The position numbers and the translations under genes were made by a program. A stretch of DNA of 64,000 nucleotides. Origin: an uncultured virus (IMG/VR IMGVR_UViG_3300048609_000040) (taxonomy: Duplodnaviria > Heunggongvirae > Uroviricota > Caudoviricetes). The notes beneath the pieces were generated by a model. The model was not told the DNA's origin and searched no databases. It worked only from the letters and a program-made list of their open reading frames with translations. Location of the stretch: IMG/VR virus record IMGVR_UViG_3300048609_000040. One strand, given 5' to 3'. Shown piece after piece: positions 15,561 through 24,651 of this stretch; positions within the stretch are counted from its first letter, which is position 1; the number at the start of each line of letters is the position of its first letter.

Positions 15561-15842
15561 ATGCCGACAATCTACGCAGCATACCGAACAAACGCAACAG
15601 ATCCTACGAACGGAATGACGCCGACGAAGTGTGTTGGGGCATCTCAAGAGCTGCTCAAACAACAGCTAAGAGCTGTGCCTGACAGTGACTGGGTGATCTA
15701 CAAACGCGACCTCGGCACAACCAAGGACGTTATCTGTGATCTTGTGGTGGATGCCGACAAGGTGATGAAGTGCGTTGAACCGTTCGAGAGGGTTCGAGTC
15801 AACGTACAGGGTCAGGTGCGTACAAAGCACCCACAAGAATGA
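15561..15842 (+). CDS. hypothetical protein
   Basis: AAGGA RBS; ATGA overlap with the next gene. Confidence 0.65.
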   Translation: MPTIYAAYRTNATDPTNGMTPTKCVGASQELLKQQLRAVPDSDWVIYKRDLGTTKDVICDLVVDADKVMKCVEPFERVRVNVQGQVRTKHPQE

Positions 15843-16102
15843 GCAACAACGATTACTATACTAAGGAGGAGATTGAACGTCGCGTTTACGGTTCACTTTC
15901 CTCTCAAGGTGAGCGTTACGGAAAGCACGAATACCGTCGGCCTGACGATTTTGCCGAAGAGATTATGGCAGCGGCAGCTGTCGGCGATCACGACTTTCTA
16001 CTCCGCGTCGTACATGTTCTTACTCGACGGCTTCAACAGCAGAGCTATGAAAAGGGTATAGAGGACACTAAAGCAAGCTTCCGCGCGAAACTTGGATTGT
16101 AA
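15839..16102 (+). CDS. hypothetical protein
   Basis: Coupled ORF in the operon. Confidence 0.6.
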   Translation: MSNNDYYTKEEIERRVYGSLSSQGERYGKHEYRRPDDFAEEIMAAAAVGDHDFLLRVVHVLTRRLQQQSYEKGIEDTKASFRAKLGL

Positions 16103-16333
16103 ATGCGAAAGTCCCTTCCAGATCGGATACGAGAAGCACAAGATTGCTATGTCCAGGAGATTTTGGAGTTGGACAGTTCATCAGTACCTCTGCAGGAGGA
16201 GCCTTACCAAGCGTGTGAAGATGCTCTTAAACGACAGCTTCACGATCTTAGTCTTAGAAACAGTGATGTGACGTATCATGTACGCGTTGCACACGCCATG
16301 GTAGAAGGTGCTCGTACGCGGCGTGATGGTTGA
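16103..16333 (+). CDS. hypothetical protein
   Basis: Abuts the upstream stop. Confidence 0.55.
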   Translation: MRKSLPDRIREAQDCYVQEILELDSSSVPLQEEPYQACEDALKRQLHDLSLRNSDVTYHVRVAHAMVEGARTRRDG

Positions 16334-16335
16334 TT

Positions 16336-17268
16336 ATGGGGTGGCGTGATCTACTGGCAAAGGAAGATGAGACTGTTGTCTTGCCGTGGGTAGGAGGCAG
16401 ACTTCTGCGTTCTACTACACGTTCCTGGGCGCTTGACAAACTTCCTGTCGAATATGGATGGTACAGTTTCGGATTAGCTGGTCGTGCAGCGGTAGCAAGA
16501 ATGCTTGTCGAGCCACAGCCTGAACAACTTGGCTGGTCTGTCAAAGGATATTTGGTTGGGGACCGGCTTGTTCCAGACAACACCAAAGTAGATCCAGATC
16601 CGAGGCGGATCGTCGAGTTTTCGGAGTGCGTACATCTGTTGGAGGTTGGTCTTGACCGTTTCGTACGTGTCGAGGCTGGCCGTATCTATGAAGGCGGCCC
16701 GCTTGTCTACAAGCAACAAGAAATGCAACTCGGCCCTGAGGATGTTGTGCTCGAAGCCTTCCTGGACCAACATCACAGCGTTGCTGACGTCAAAGACGTA
16801 ACACCGGCACTAGACGCAGCATTCAGAATGGAAACGTGGCAGCGGGCCGAGGCGGATCGTCGACGTCAAGAACTCGAACGGCTGCGGCAAGAGGAGGCTG
16901 AGCGCCAAGCGCGTGAAGAGCGTAGACGACGACTGCTTGGACAGTTGGGAGATGGTGCTTCAAGGCGTGAGCTTGCTGTTATCGATTTTGGTGCAGCAGC
17001 CAAAGCTGCATTGGCAGTCGGCGGTGCCGAACTTCTTGATCATCGTCTTGGACAACGTCGTGGTGAGCACGTTGTGCGTTATCGGCTAGACGGTCGACGC
17101 TTCGAGGCAGTGTGCGATGACAACCTTAGAATCTGCAGCGCCGGTATCTGTTTGACTAGTCACGAGACGGGAGAAAAAGGAGATACGCGGTTTTCCTTGG
17201 AGTCTCTCCCTGCGGTAGTTAGGCAAGCAGATCGCGAAGGCGTACTAGTTGTTCTACGCCATGTGTGA
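16336..17268 (+). CDS. coiled-coil protein with a putative minimal E2-like C-terminal domain
   Basis: Central E/R coiled coil; C-terminal beta-meander then SAGICL, like the E2 G.ICL active-site Cys; lies in the Ubl/JAB/E1 run. Confidence 0.5.
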   Translation: MGWRDLLAKEDETVVLPWVGGRLLRSTTRSWALDKLPVEYGWYSFGLAGRAAVARMLVEPQPEQLGWSVKGYLVGDRLVPDNTKVDPDPRRIVEFSECVHLLEVGLDRFVRVEAGRIYEGGPLVYKQQEMQLGPEDVVLEAFLDQHHSVADVKDVTPALDAAFRMETWQRAEADRRRQELERLRQEEAERQAREERRRRLLGQLGDGASRRELAVIDFGAAAKAALAVGGAELLDHRLGQRRGEHVVRYRLDGRRFEAVCDDNLRICSAGICLTSHETGEKGDTRFSLESLPAVVRQADREGVLVVLRHV

Positions 17269-17309
17269 GAGCGGGTAGCTGTGGTTGCGGGCTATCGAAA
17301 GGAGAAGAC

Positions 17310-17495
17310 ATGAAGTTCGTAGTGAGCATCAGAATGGCTACGCCAGGAGGGTTTGCGCCCCGTCAAATAGAGATCGATCTTCCGCCTGGCATCACTATGG
17401 AGTCCGCCGATCAAATGGTACGTGACGCAATCTTCGAGCGTGGTAGTGTCTCTTATCGGGTTGTCCCTGCTCAAGGAGTAAAGAAACAACAATGA
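17310..17495 (+). CDS. small hypothetical protein
   Basis: AAGGAG RBS before MKFVV. Confidence 0.55.
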   Translation: MKFVVSIRMATPGGFAPRQIEIDLPPGITMESADQMVRDAIFERGSVSYRVVPAQGVKKQQ

Positions 17496-17830
17496 AAACT
17501 GTGTTGGCGTGTATTAGTGTGCTTATCCTACTACTCGGTATCGCTTGGATTGTTCAAGGATCCAACTTCTTCGCGTACAAGTACTTTGCGCCCAAGGAGG
17601 AACAAGTCCGAAGAGAGACTTTTGAACAATCGAAATCCTACAATCAAGGCATGGTACAAGAACTCCAAAACATGGCGTTCGAGTACGTCAAAGCCGAACC
17701 TGCACAGAAGGACGCTCTAGCCTCGATCATCCTACACAGAGTTGCAGACTACGATGTTGAGAAGTTGCCTGCGGATCTACGAGACTTCATCTCGAAACTT
17801 CGTCGGGACCGTTTGGGAGGACAACAATGA
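17492..17830 (+). CDS. membrane-anchored hypothetical protein
   Basis: N-terminal TM; coupled to the downstream lipoprotein. Confidence 0.75.
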   Translation: MKTVLACISVLILLLGIAWIVQGSNFFAYKYFAPKEEQVRRETFEQSKSYNQGMVQELQNMAFEYVKAEPAQKDALASIILHRVADYDVEKLPADLRDFISKLRRDRLGGQQ

Positions 17831-18342
17831 AGACTTTGCTAACGATAGTGGTGGTAGCCGGATTGCTATGTGGCGCATGCGGCAAACGCAGTGACAGCGA
17901 CACGAAACAAACCAAGCAACAAGAAAAGATCCTGGCTGAGGCAACGTCTCAGGTGGGTATGCCTGCCGTCAAGAATTTCCGCGAGCGGAAGCTTCTCAAG
18001 GACATCTACGAGCTACGCGACCAAGATGCGCTGGTGACGTATACGTACCTCGTCGGTGATCACGATGCTAAGCTGGTCTTCTTGTGCGATTCGATCGGCT
18101 ACGGTATCCCGTGTGCAACACAGTTTACGTCACCTGAGAAGCTCGTTTGGCCGAAGGAGGGCAGCTACATCGCTTTGCCACAAGCGGATCCTAACGGGCT
18201 GTTCTCACCAGCGTCCGCCGAAGGTACTTGGGTGTTGTGTAAAGATCCTGGTGGCAAAGACGTGAAAGTGGTCTACGTCGAACCGCGCATCATAGTCTCA
18301 CCGTTCAGATTGAACGTAGATCAAGCGGAGTTGCCAAACTAG
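17827..18342 (+). CDS. lipoprotein
   Basis: Signal peptide and lipobox LCGAC; QADPNGLFSP motif. Confidence 0.75.
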   Translation: MKTLLTIVVVAGLLCGACGKRSDSDTKQTKQQEKILAEATSQVGMPAVKNFRERKLLKDIYELRDQDALVTYTYLVGDHDAKLVFLCDSIGYGIPCATQFTSPEKLVWPKEGSYIALPQADPNGLFSPASAEGTWVLCKDPGGKDVKVVYVEPRIIVSPFRLNVDQAELPN

Positions 18343-18353
18343 TCTGGACGATA

Positions 18354-18471
18354 GGGCGCGGAATGGTTTTCGTGGTGTGCCAAGAAACGGTAATCCTACC
18401 GTTCGAGGCGCAGGGGTTGATTCACGCTGTATAGCTAGACACCATTCTCGGTTCGATTCTGAGAGCGCCCA
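18354..18471 (+). ncRNA. mini tmRNA-like / tRNA-like RNA
   Basis: GGGCGC/GCGCCC acceptor, stemless D-like loop GGAATGGTTTTCG, P2-like TGGTGT/ACACCA, T arm CTCGG-TTCGATT-CTGAG. Confidence 0.65.
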
Positions 18472-18489
18472 CAAGACTGAGGTCAGGTT

Positions 18490-18648
18490 ATGCACAGCAA
18501 GGATTTCCTAGACGGTGTTGACCGAATCGTACGCGCGCTGCAACAAATGACAGACCGGTTAGCGGCGATTGAAGTGGCACTGAAAGAGATAAAAGAGGTA
18601 AGAGGCAGCTTGGCACCGACTGGCTTACCACATCAGGAGCGTCGATGA
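18490..18648 (+). CDS. 52-aa coiled-coil peptide (not in the ORF track)
   Basis: MHSKDFLDGVDRIVRALQQMTDRLAAIEVALKEIK...; ATGA overlap with the JAB gene. Confidence 0.55.
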   Translation: MHSKDFLDGVDRIVRALQQMTDRLAAIEVALKEIKEVRGSLAPTGLPHQERR

Positions 18649-19265
18649 GGGTAATCGAACACGAATTCGACTGGGTTAGGATCGCTGTCACCGACGAGGG
18701 GCATATCCGCATTCGCTTTTCGGGACCACGTGCTGTAGAGCTTTACGATAGGGAAGCCTCACTGTTCATGCAGCCGATCGTGCTCAACGAAGTGGACTTG
18801 CGAACCTTCGTACCTGAACGGGTGCCAGACGACACGGCTGCACGGGTGCTAACAGCTTTTAGAGAACAAAAAGAGAAGCAGAAAGCAGGTAGTATGATCG
18901 AGACCGGTAGCATCATCGGTCTTCGCGGACAGCCTATCTATTGGCACGTCCCGTCATCCAGAACGAGTGGAAGCCTCCCTGACAGTGCCACTCTGTGGGA
19001 GCAGCTTTGGGCCAACCGTGAGAATATTAGCGGTTTCGCACATAGCCATCCTGGCAGCGGTATTCCTAGACCGTCACACGTAGACCTGACAACCTTTTCC
19101 GCGATCGAATTTGGCTTAGGAGAACGGCTTTCCTGGTGGATTGTTAGTGCAGACTGTGTTGTGATCTTGTACTGGGAAGGACCAGGCAAGTATGACTATA
19201 AGCTAACACGGTTGGACAACGAACCAGTATGGGTCGCCGAGCTTAGGCGGCTATCAAACTATTAA
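18645..19265 (+). CDS. JAB/MPN metalloisopeptidase (deubiquitinase-like)
   Basis: JAMM motif AHSHPGSGIPRPSHVD plus upstream Glu (MIETG); the domain may start at ATG 18894. Confidence 0.88.
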   Translation: MRVIEHEFDWVRIAVTDEGHIRIRFSGPRAVELYDREASLFMQPIVLNEVDLRTFVPERVPDDTAARVLTAFREQKEKQKAGSMIETGSIIGLRGQPIYWHVPSSRTSGSLPDSATLWEQLWANRENISGFAHSHPGSGIPRPSHVDLTTFSAIEFGLGERLSWWIVSADCVVILYWEGPGKYDYKLTRLDNEPVWVAELRRLSNY

Positions 19266-19284
19266 CGTACAAAGGAGCCGTGCG

Positions 19285-19533
19285 ATGGATGCGATCTTGA
19301 ACATTACCGTGAACGCTCAGAACGGCGATCTCCAGCAGACAGTGTCATTCGACGCAACCGACGCCGACGTCAAGGCGTGGGCAACGGAAGCTGTTCGTAA
19401 CGGAGACGTGCCCGGAATTGACGCGGATCCCATCGTCGATTTTAGGGACTTCGTGGTTGACCGCTTTGTGCCCAAGGACACCCTTCCAGCGCGTCTGGTT
19501 TTGAGACCGAAGACTCCCTTCGGTTGGCGGTAG
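19285..19533 (+). CDS. ubiquitin-like (beta-grasp) protein
   Basis: 82 aa, beta-beta-alpha-beta pattern, C-terminal LVLRPKTPFG-WR; adjacent to JAB; AAGGAG RBS. Confidence 0.75.
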   Translation: MDAILNITVNAQNGDLQQTVSFDATDADVKAWATEAVRNGDVPGIDADPIVDFRDFVVDRFVPKDTLPARLVLRPKTPFGWR

Positions 19534-19547
19534 CTGTAGGACCAAAC

Positions 19548-20171
19548 ATGGGCACCTTCGATACTGTACACTTCTTAGACAACCTACTGCTTTGTGGTGA
19601 GGGGCACCCACTAGATCGTGAGCTACAGACCAAGGATCTGGGCTGCGAGATGGCTTCCTATTTTGTACTAGGAAGCCGTTTCTACACTTCCCCAGTTGGT
19701 CCTCAACGTTTGTCTGACTGGACGATCTTGACACCTCAAGACTGGCAAGACGGTTCAACGCCACCAACACCATTGACAGCAGCGTTCTCAACGGTTGTGC
19801 AGCCGTGCCGTTTCACAGGCACAATCCGTGTTTACAGTGATTGTGATCAGTGCTGGCCGATTGTGTACTACCACGATACACCTCGACCATCCTATGCTGA
19901 CATGTACCATTCACGACAACCGTGGGTTGAGTGGGAGCTTACAATAGAGGACGGGTTGATAGTAAGCTCCAATGCCGACGGTGTTGAAACCCGTGACCAA
20001 GTAAAAGAGAAACTCGTCTCTGAAGGTTGGCGAACACTCTCTGACGACGATCCTATGGCGATACGACACCTCAAGACTGAACTACTTCAGACGTGGCACA
20101 AACCAGGTCGGTGGTGTCCCAAGGATTGGGCAGACAAGGACTTAGTAAACTCGCGCTACGGCGTGCGGTGA
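19548..20171 (+). CDS. hypothetical protein
   Basis: MGTFD...LQTKDLGC; operonic. Confidence 0.7.
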   Translation: MGTFDTVHFLDNLLLCGEGHPLDRELQTKDLGCEMASYFVLGSRFYTSPVGPQRLSDWTILTPQDWQDGSTPPTPLTAAFSTVVQPCRFTGTIRVYSDCDQCWPIVYYHDTPRPSYADMYHSRQPWVEWELTIEDGLIVSSNADGVETRDQVKEKLVSEGWRTLSDDDPMAIRHLKTELLQTWHKPGRWCPKDWADKDLVNSRYGVR

Positions 20172-20476
20172 TGCGCTGCTTCAAGTGCAGTAAGGAAATC
20201 GTTTCTGAGACGCCCGCTCCTGTTTTCCAACGTTGGCACTACAACCCTGCGTTTGTCGTAGAAGTAATCGGAGGCGGGTGCAAAGGGGACGGTGAAGAAC
20301 GTTGTACAGTCGTTTGTTGGCATTGTCTCAACGAAATCAATCCCGATATGTGGATGTCCGATGAGGGTTGGGACAGCCTGCTACCCGTCGTACCTTTTGC
20401 TAGGTTACCTATCTGTGATCACGACGTCGAGGGTTGGGACGAGGTTGAGACGTACGCCTTCGTCGAGGTTAAATGA
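20171..20476 (+). CDS. Zn-ribbon hypothetical protein
   Basis: CFKC and CWHC motifs. Confidence 0.6.
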   Translation: MRCFKCSKEIVSETPAPVFQRWHYNPAFVVEVIGGGCKGDGEERCTVVCWHCLNEINPDMWMSDEGWDSLLPVVPFARLPICDHDVEGWDEVETYAFVEVK

Positions 20477-21144
20477 TGAGTAAGCCGCTGTCACCTGAAG
20501 AGGCTGCGTGTCAAGTCGAAGCGCTTGCACTCCTAATCGAGGAGTGCGGAGAAGTTGTGCAAGCAGCGGCGAAGATTCTTCGTCATGGACCTGATCAACG
20601 GTATCCAGATAGTAGATCGCCAAGTAACTCTGAGTGGTTATCCACAGAAGTCGGTGACGTTTTCGCAGCCGTTGATATCGCAGCTAAGCAGGGTGTGCTG
20701 AACCGCGACATCATAGAAAACGCCAGACGAAACAAGCTAAGACACATCACACAGTGGTTACACCACATCATAGATTTGCCGTACGCACCTACGTTTCGTA
20801 ACGATTGGGAGTTCTCTTGTGTAGGGTGTGAAGTGAACTTCAACGGTGAGGTGACAGGCGTCGATAACGGAATCCAGACCAGAGAGTGCCCTGATTGTCG
20901 TCAACCGGCACTTGCTACTGTTGACTCCTATGCTAAACAGCTCGCACTAGAACACGCTCGCGCACAACGTTTAGGTGAAAACGTAATGCGTTTGCACGCG
21001 GCGGATAGGATGGCTGCTGCAATTGATGTTATGGTCAAACGGCATGCTATGGACCGGCGTTCTTTGGCTGCCGACGCACGTCTCGACTACGGCGAACCTT
21101 TTGACGAAGACGCAGCTTGGAAGCTGTTGGATGTGGGGCTGTGA
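20473..21144 (+). CDS. MazG-like NTP pyrophosphohydrolase fused to a Zn ribbon
   Basis: EECGEVVQAAAK...EVGDV motif; two CxxC. Confidence 0.8.
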   Translation: MMSKPLSPEEAACQVEALALLIEECGEVVQAAAKILRHGPDQRYPDSRSPSNSEWLSTEVGDVFAAVDIAAKQGVLNRDIIENARRNKLRHITQWLHHIIDLPYAPTFRNDWEFSCVGCEVNFNGEVTGVDNGIQTRECPDCRQPALATVDSYAKQLALEHARAQRLGENVMRLHAADRMAAAIDVMVKRHAMDRRSLAADARLDYGEPFDEDAAWKLLDVGL

Positions 21145-21599
21145 TGGTTTTTGAATGGTGTGGCGACGAAAAACAGATTACTCTTAATATCCCAGACATA
21201 GGAGTCTTGGCCGTCATTGACTACGACGCGGTAATAGGATGTGATTGGGGCTGTCACTGGTCTGTTGTGGTGTATGACGGCAGTACATTAGTGGCTCCAC
21301 GTCGTGTGTTCGATGAGTTAGAAGCCGCAAAACGTTGGGCCGAGTCTGAGATCGTCTCTTGGTTACGCGTGTTGATCGGTGTACAGCAGGACGTGATCGC
21401 ACGATTGCTCTTGCTACCAGGACTTGATGCAGCCTACGCAGAATGGGATCGTCTATATGCTGCTGTCCGTGCCGAGACAGACGACGCCCGCAAACAGGAG
21501 TTGGTACATCAGGCGCTTGAGATTGGTCGCGTGTATAGCCTAGACCCTACCGGAAGACCTGGACTCGTAACCGGAAGCTGGAGGCGGCATGAGCGGTAG
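21144..21599 (+). CDS. hypothetical protein
   Basis: TGATG coupling. Confidence 0.55.
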   Translation: MVFEWCGDEKQITLNIPDIGVLAVIDYDAVIGCDWGCHWSVVVYDGSTLVAPRRVFDELEAAKRWAESEIVSWLRVLIGVQQDVIARLLLLPGLDAAYAEWDRLYAAVRAETDDARKQELVHQALEIGRVYSLDPTGRPGLVTGSWRRHER

Positions 21600-22095
21600 C
21601 AGTGTGTTGGATGCGCATGATGACACGATTGGTTGGAATGGACCGGTCTACGCTTCGGAGGAGGTGGAGGAGAAGGCGCTACGTGTCGCTTTTGACATAG
21701 GTGGTGTGCTCTCCAAGTACCCCGAAGTTTTTCGCCCCTTGATTGTACGGTTGCTGCGAAGCAGCGTTGAGGTCTTTGTCATTACTGACATGAAAGACAG
21801 AGATAGTGTTCTCGAAACGCTACGTCTCAATGCCTTTGATGTGATCCCAAACGATCACGTGTACTCAGCTGACTATGATGTGCACGGGGAAGCCTGTAAG
21901 GCCGTGCTGCTTCGCGATCTCAAAATCGATGTCTTCTTTGATGATTTCATCGGCTACGTAGCACCACACGGTTCGCCCGTACGTTGTCTCGTGATGCCGG
22001 ATGAGACAAGACCTTACTACCATGACGAATGGAAGACAGTTGGTAGCAGTTGGGACGGTGGCCGTTGTAGATATAGTTGTGACAAGAAGATCTGA
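21589..22095 (+). CDS. HAD-superfamily hydrolase-like protein
   Basis: FDIGGVL, IT, K and FFDD motifs. Confidence 0.7.
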   Translation: MSGSSVLDAHDDTIGWNGPVYASEEVEEKALRVAFDIGGVLSKYPEVFRPLIVRLLRSSVEVFVITDMKDRDSVLETLRLNAFDVIPNDHVYSADYDVHGEACKAVLLRDLKIDVFFDDFIGYVAPHGSPVRCLVMPDETRPYYHDEWKTVGSSWDGGRCRYSCDKKI

Positions 22096-22125
22096 TTGGT
22101 GTGTGGTCTGTATGGAGTGAGTCCA

Positions 22126-22530
22126 ATGGATATAGGCCCTAACTCTTGGCGTGTTTGTGTAGAAGTGCCTCCATCGTGGCCAAATGTCGGCATCTACTAT
22201 CGTGCTGATGGAATGATACGATCTGCGTGCGCTGAAGCGCAGCTCTGGAGAACCACCGAAGACTTATCTGATGTCACTGGTCCTATTTGGTGGATTAACC
22301 GCGTGTTGGTTCCGAAAGAGCTTAGAGGAAAGGGGATTGGGCGGGAGTTGTTATGTCGTCTCAAAGGTGCGGTAACTGCACAGGGTGGTAGTGGGATGAT
22401 TGTGACGCCTGGTGGTTATGACATACCACAGGAGGATCAAATCGCTTTCTACCGTGCCTGTGGTTTCGAGGTTGTTCGTGAGGAGGGCGTTGGGGTTTTG
22501 ATGTTGTGGAAAGGTAGAACAGATGCCTGA
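22126..22530 (+). CDS. GNAT acetyltransferase
   Basis: VPKELRGKGIG acetyl-CoA motif and FYRACGF. Confidence 0.85.
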   Translation: MDIGPNSWRVCVEVPPSWPNVGIYYRADGMIRSACAEAQLWRTTEDLSDVTGPIWWINRVLVPKELRGKGIGRELLCRLKGAVTAQGGSGMIVTPGGYDIPQEDQIAFYRACGFEVVREEGVGVLMLWKGRTDA

Positions 22531-22813
22531 CGCGTTCACATACAGATGTAAACTCTGCAACAACCATCATGTTCCAGGAGTGGATTGTGGGCTAATCAAA
22601 TCTTCTCAGACCGTAGAGTTGGAGGAGAGAGCTGAAGAACGGTTCAAGGAGGTGAAGGATTTAAGAAAAGAAAACACCGCCTTGAAAGAACAGCTACTAA
22701 TTTGCAAGTTAGCACTCAAAAGCATCCAAGACTTTCCCGGACGAGATGCCGACATCATCGCCGCAAAGGCTTTAGAAATTGCTGCAAAGGTGTATGAATC
22801 CCGTGGCATCTGA
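22523..22813 (+). CDS. hypothetical coiled-coil protein
   Basis: CxxC..H N-terminus; overlaps the upstream stop. Confidence 0.55.
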   Translation: MPDAFTYRCKLCNNHHVPGVDCGLIKSSQTVELEERAEERFKEVKDLRKENTALKEQLLICKLALKSIQDFPGRDADIIAAKALEIAAKVYESRGI

Positions 22814-22847
22814 ACAGATACTGGAGTTTTGATGCGACAGGTGGAAT

Positions 22848-23315
22848 GTGTTACGGATCAGTGAGCAAATAGACTGGTGCCCTTTTAGGAACGTGTCTTC
22901 GATCAGGGCGTGGCGTTACGTTACAACCTTTTCGATGTCCGATGAGGGTTGGGACAGCCTGCTGAGGCTTGGCAAAACGTGTTGTGTCGAGTTTACGATC
23001 TCATCACGTGGCGGCTTTGTCAAAATCTGGCACCCGTTTGAAAACCGTCGTCTCATTCGTGAAATTGCTGAAGAGTCCCATTGTAAATACCATACTATGC
23101 GAGCAGAGCTACGTGAACCTTGTCCCTACCTGGAGAACAAGTTGTTGTTCCATGAACAATTGGATGACTACGGCTTCGCAAATCTTCCTGGCGACACTAA
23201 ACTTGGATCTGTTATGCGAGGGTGGCAGGAAATTTGGAATGGCGTAGAGGATGCTGCATTCTGGCAGCGGCTACGTACATTTTCACGGCGTCTTGTGAAG
23301 AAGGGGCTGAAGTAA
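22848..23315 (+). CDS. hypothetical protein
   Basis: ORF ending 2 nt before the E1 start; start uncertain. Confidence 0.5.
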   Translation: MLRISEQIDWCPFRNVSSIRAWRYVTTFSMSDEGWDSLLRLGKTCCVEFTISSRGGFVKIWHPFENRRLIREIAEESHCKYHTMRAELREPCPYLENKLLFHEQLDDYGFANLPGDTKLGSVMRGWQEIWNGVEDAAFWQRLRTFSRRLVKKGLK

Positions 23316-23317
23316 AC

Positions 23318-23896
23318 ATGCCTCGGGTTGTTGTTTGCGGTGCAGGAGCACTTGGGTCGCACCTCGTGCTTCTCGTGCGCAACCTACCATGTCATCTCAC
23401 CGTCATAGATTTCGATCGTGTCGATGCTCACAACGTTCTCTCGCAGTTCTACGGCAAGCCAAACGTGGGCAAGCTCAAAGTTGATGCTCTTAAACAAACC
23501 ATGCAGTTTCTCTACGGCATCAAGATTGAAACGGTCTCGAACAAGTTGGTTGAGAACAACGTAGACAAGCTGCTTGGCGGCAGCGGGCTTGTTGTAGACA
23601 CTTTCGATAACGGTACGAGCCGTCGACTTGTTCAGGACTATGTACGTAAGCACAACATTCCTTGTCTGCACGGGGCACTAGCCGCCGACGGTGCCTTTGG
23701 CAGGATTGTGTGGACTGAGAGTTTCGTCGTTGATGACGAGAACGTTGTAGGTGCCGCGACGTGTGAGGATGGTGACCATCTACCCTTCATCGCGATCGTA
23801 GCTGCGTACACAGCACGTGCTATTCAGACGTTCCTCGCAAACAATGCGAAGCATGTAAACTACTACGTTACACCAACCAGTACAGCACAATTCTGA
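23318..23896 (+). CDS. minimal ThiF/E1-like adenylating enzyme
   Basis: GAGALG, DFDRVDAHNVLSQ, K and DTFDN motifs; candidate thioester Cys in ATCEDG; no CxxC Zn site. Confidence 0.92.
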   Translation: MPRVVVCGAGALGSHLVLLVRNLPCHLTVIDFDRVDAHNVLSQFYGKPNVGKLKVDALKQTMQFLYGIKIETVSNKLVENNVDKLLGGSGLVVDTFDNGTSRRLVQDYVRKHNIPCLHGALAADGAFGRIVWTESFVVDDENVVGAATCEDGDHLPFIAIVAAYTARAIQTFLANNAKHVNYYVTPTSTAQF

Positions 23897-23908
23897 TGAG
23901 AGGACGTT

Positions 23909-24643
23909 ATGAGTGAGCGCAAAGTAGAGCGAAAAGAATGTGCTTGCGTCAACGTTGCCGCTGACGCCGCCGAGAAGTGCCCACGTTGCGAACGCGACGA
24001 ACTTGATATTCGGGTCGCTGAACTTGAGGAGACGCTCACAGCCATCGCCAACCTCGGCTATCGCAGCGAGCAGTTCTCGACGCCAGCTCAACTCGTCACG
24101 GTAATTGACGAGGCAATCGACTTGGCGCGGGCTGTACTCGGTTTGAAGGTTTCAGCCAGATACGAGGCGTTATTGGATTCCGCTACAGCGGACGAGGGCA
24201 GCATCGCGATCGTCCAGGCATTGCACAGCGAGATGCTCGGAATCGGACGGCGCCTTGTCGAACGCAATCCCGCGATTCGCGATCATCTTCGCGCTCGGAG
24301 TGCCCCCGAACAGGCTGCTAGGTACTTCTGGGACAACGCTGACCCAGTTGACCAACATGCGGCCTTGGCGGTTGTGGAAGCAGCCCTCTCGCTCGGCACG
24401 ATCCTGTCGGAAGTTCAGGAAGGGCAGTTGTTGTTGGACGGTACTTTCCGCATTGCGGATCGTGTCGTATCAGACTCGTATTTTCACGCGCTTGTGGCAA
24501 GACGCTGCGGTGTTGACATCAACGTTGCTGCTATACTCTGGACGACGTTGGTTGAGTATATCGTTCAAAGCGGCACCGGACTGCCTGGGCTTTCCGTCAA
24601 CATCTCAGACGACACAGTCTCCGTGTTAGTGTCGAAATACTAG
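23909..24643 (+). CDS. hypothetical protein
   Basis: GAGG RBS; 244 aa. Confidence 0.65.
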   Translation: MSERKVERKECACVNVAADAAEKCPRCERDELDIRVAELEETLTAIANLGYRSEQFSTPAQLVTVIDEAIDLARAVLGLKVSARYEALLDSATADEGSIAIVQALHSEMLGIGRRLVERNPAIRDHLRARSAPEQAARYFWDNADPVDQHAALAVVEAALSLGTILSEVQEGQLLLDGTFRIADRVVSDSYFHALVARRCGVDINVAAILWTTLVEYIVQSGTGLPGLSVNISDDTVSVLVSKY

Positions 24644-24651
24644 GGTGCAAT

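Larger units (their letters stand above)
20353..22963 (+). repeat. identical 30-nt sequence in two genes (20353-20382, 22934-22963)
   Basis: GATGTCCGATGAGGGTTGGGACAGCCTGCT, encoding MSDEGWDSLL in both. Confidence 0.9.

Noticed and set aside
18354..18471. Bona fide tmRNA (ssrA)
   Set aside because: No G3:U70, far too short, no pseudoknot series; kept only as tmRNA-like
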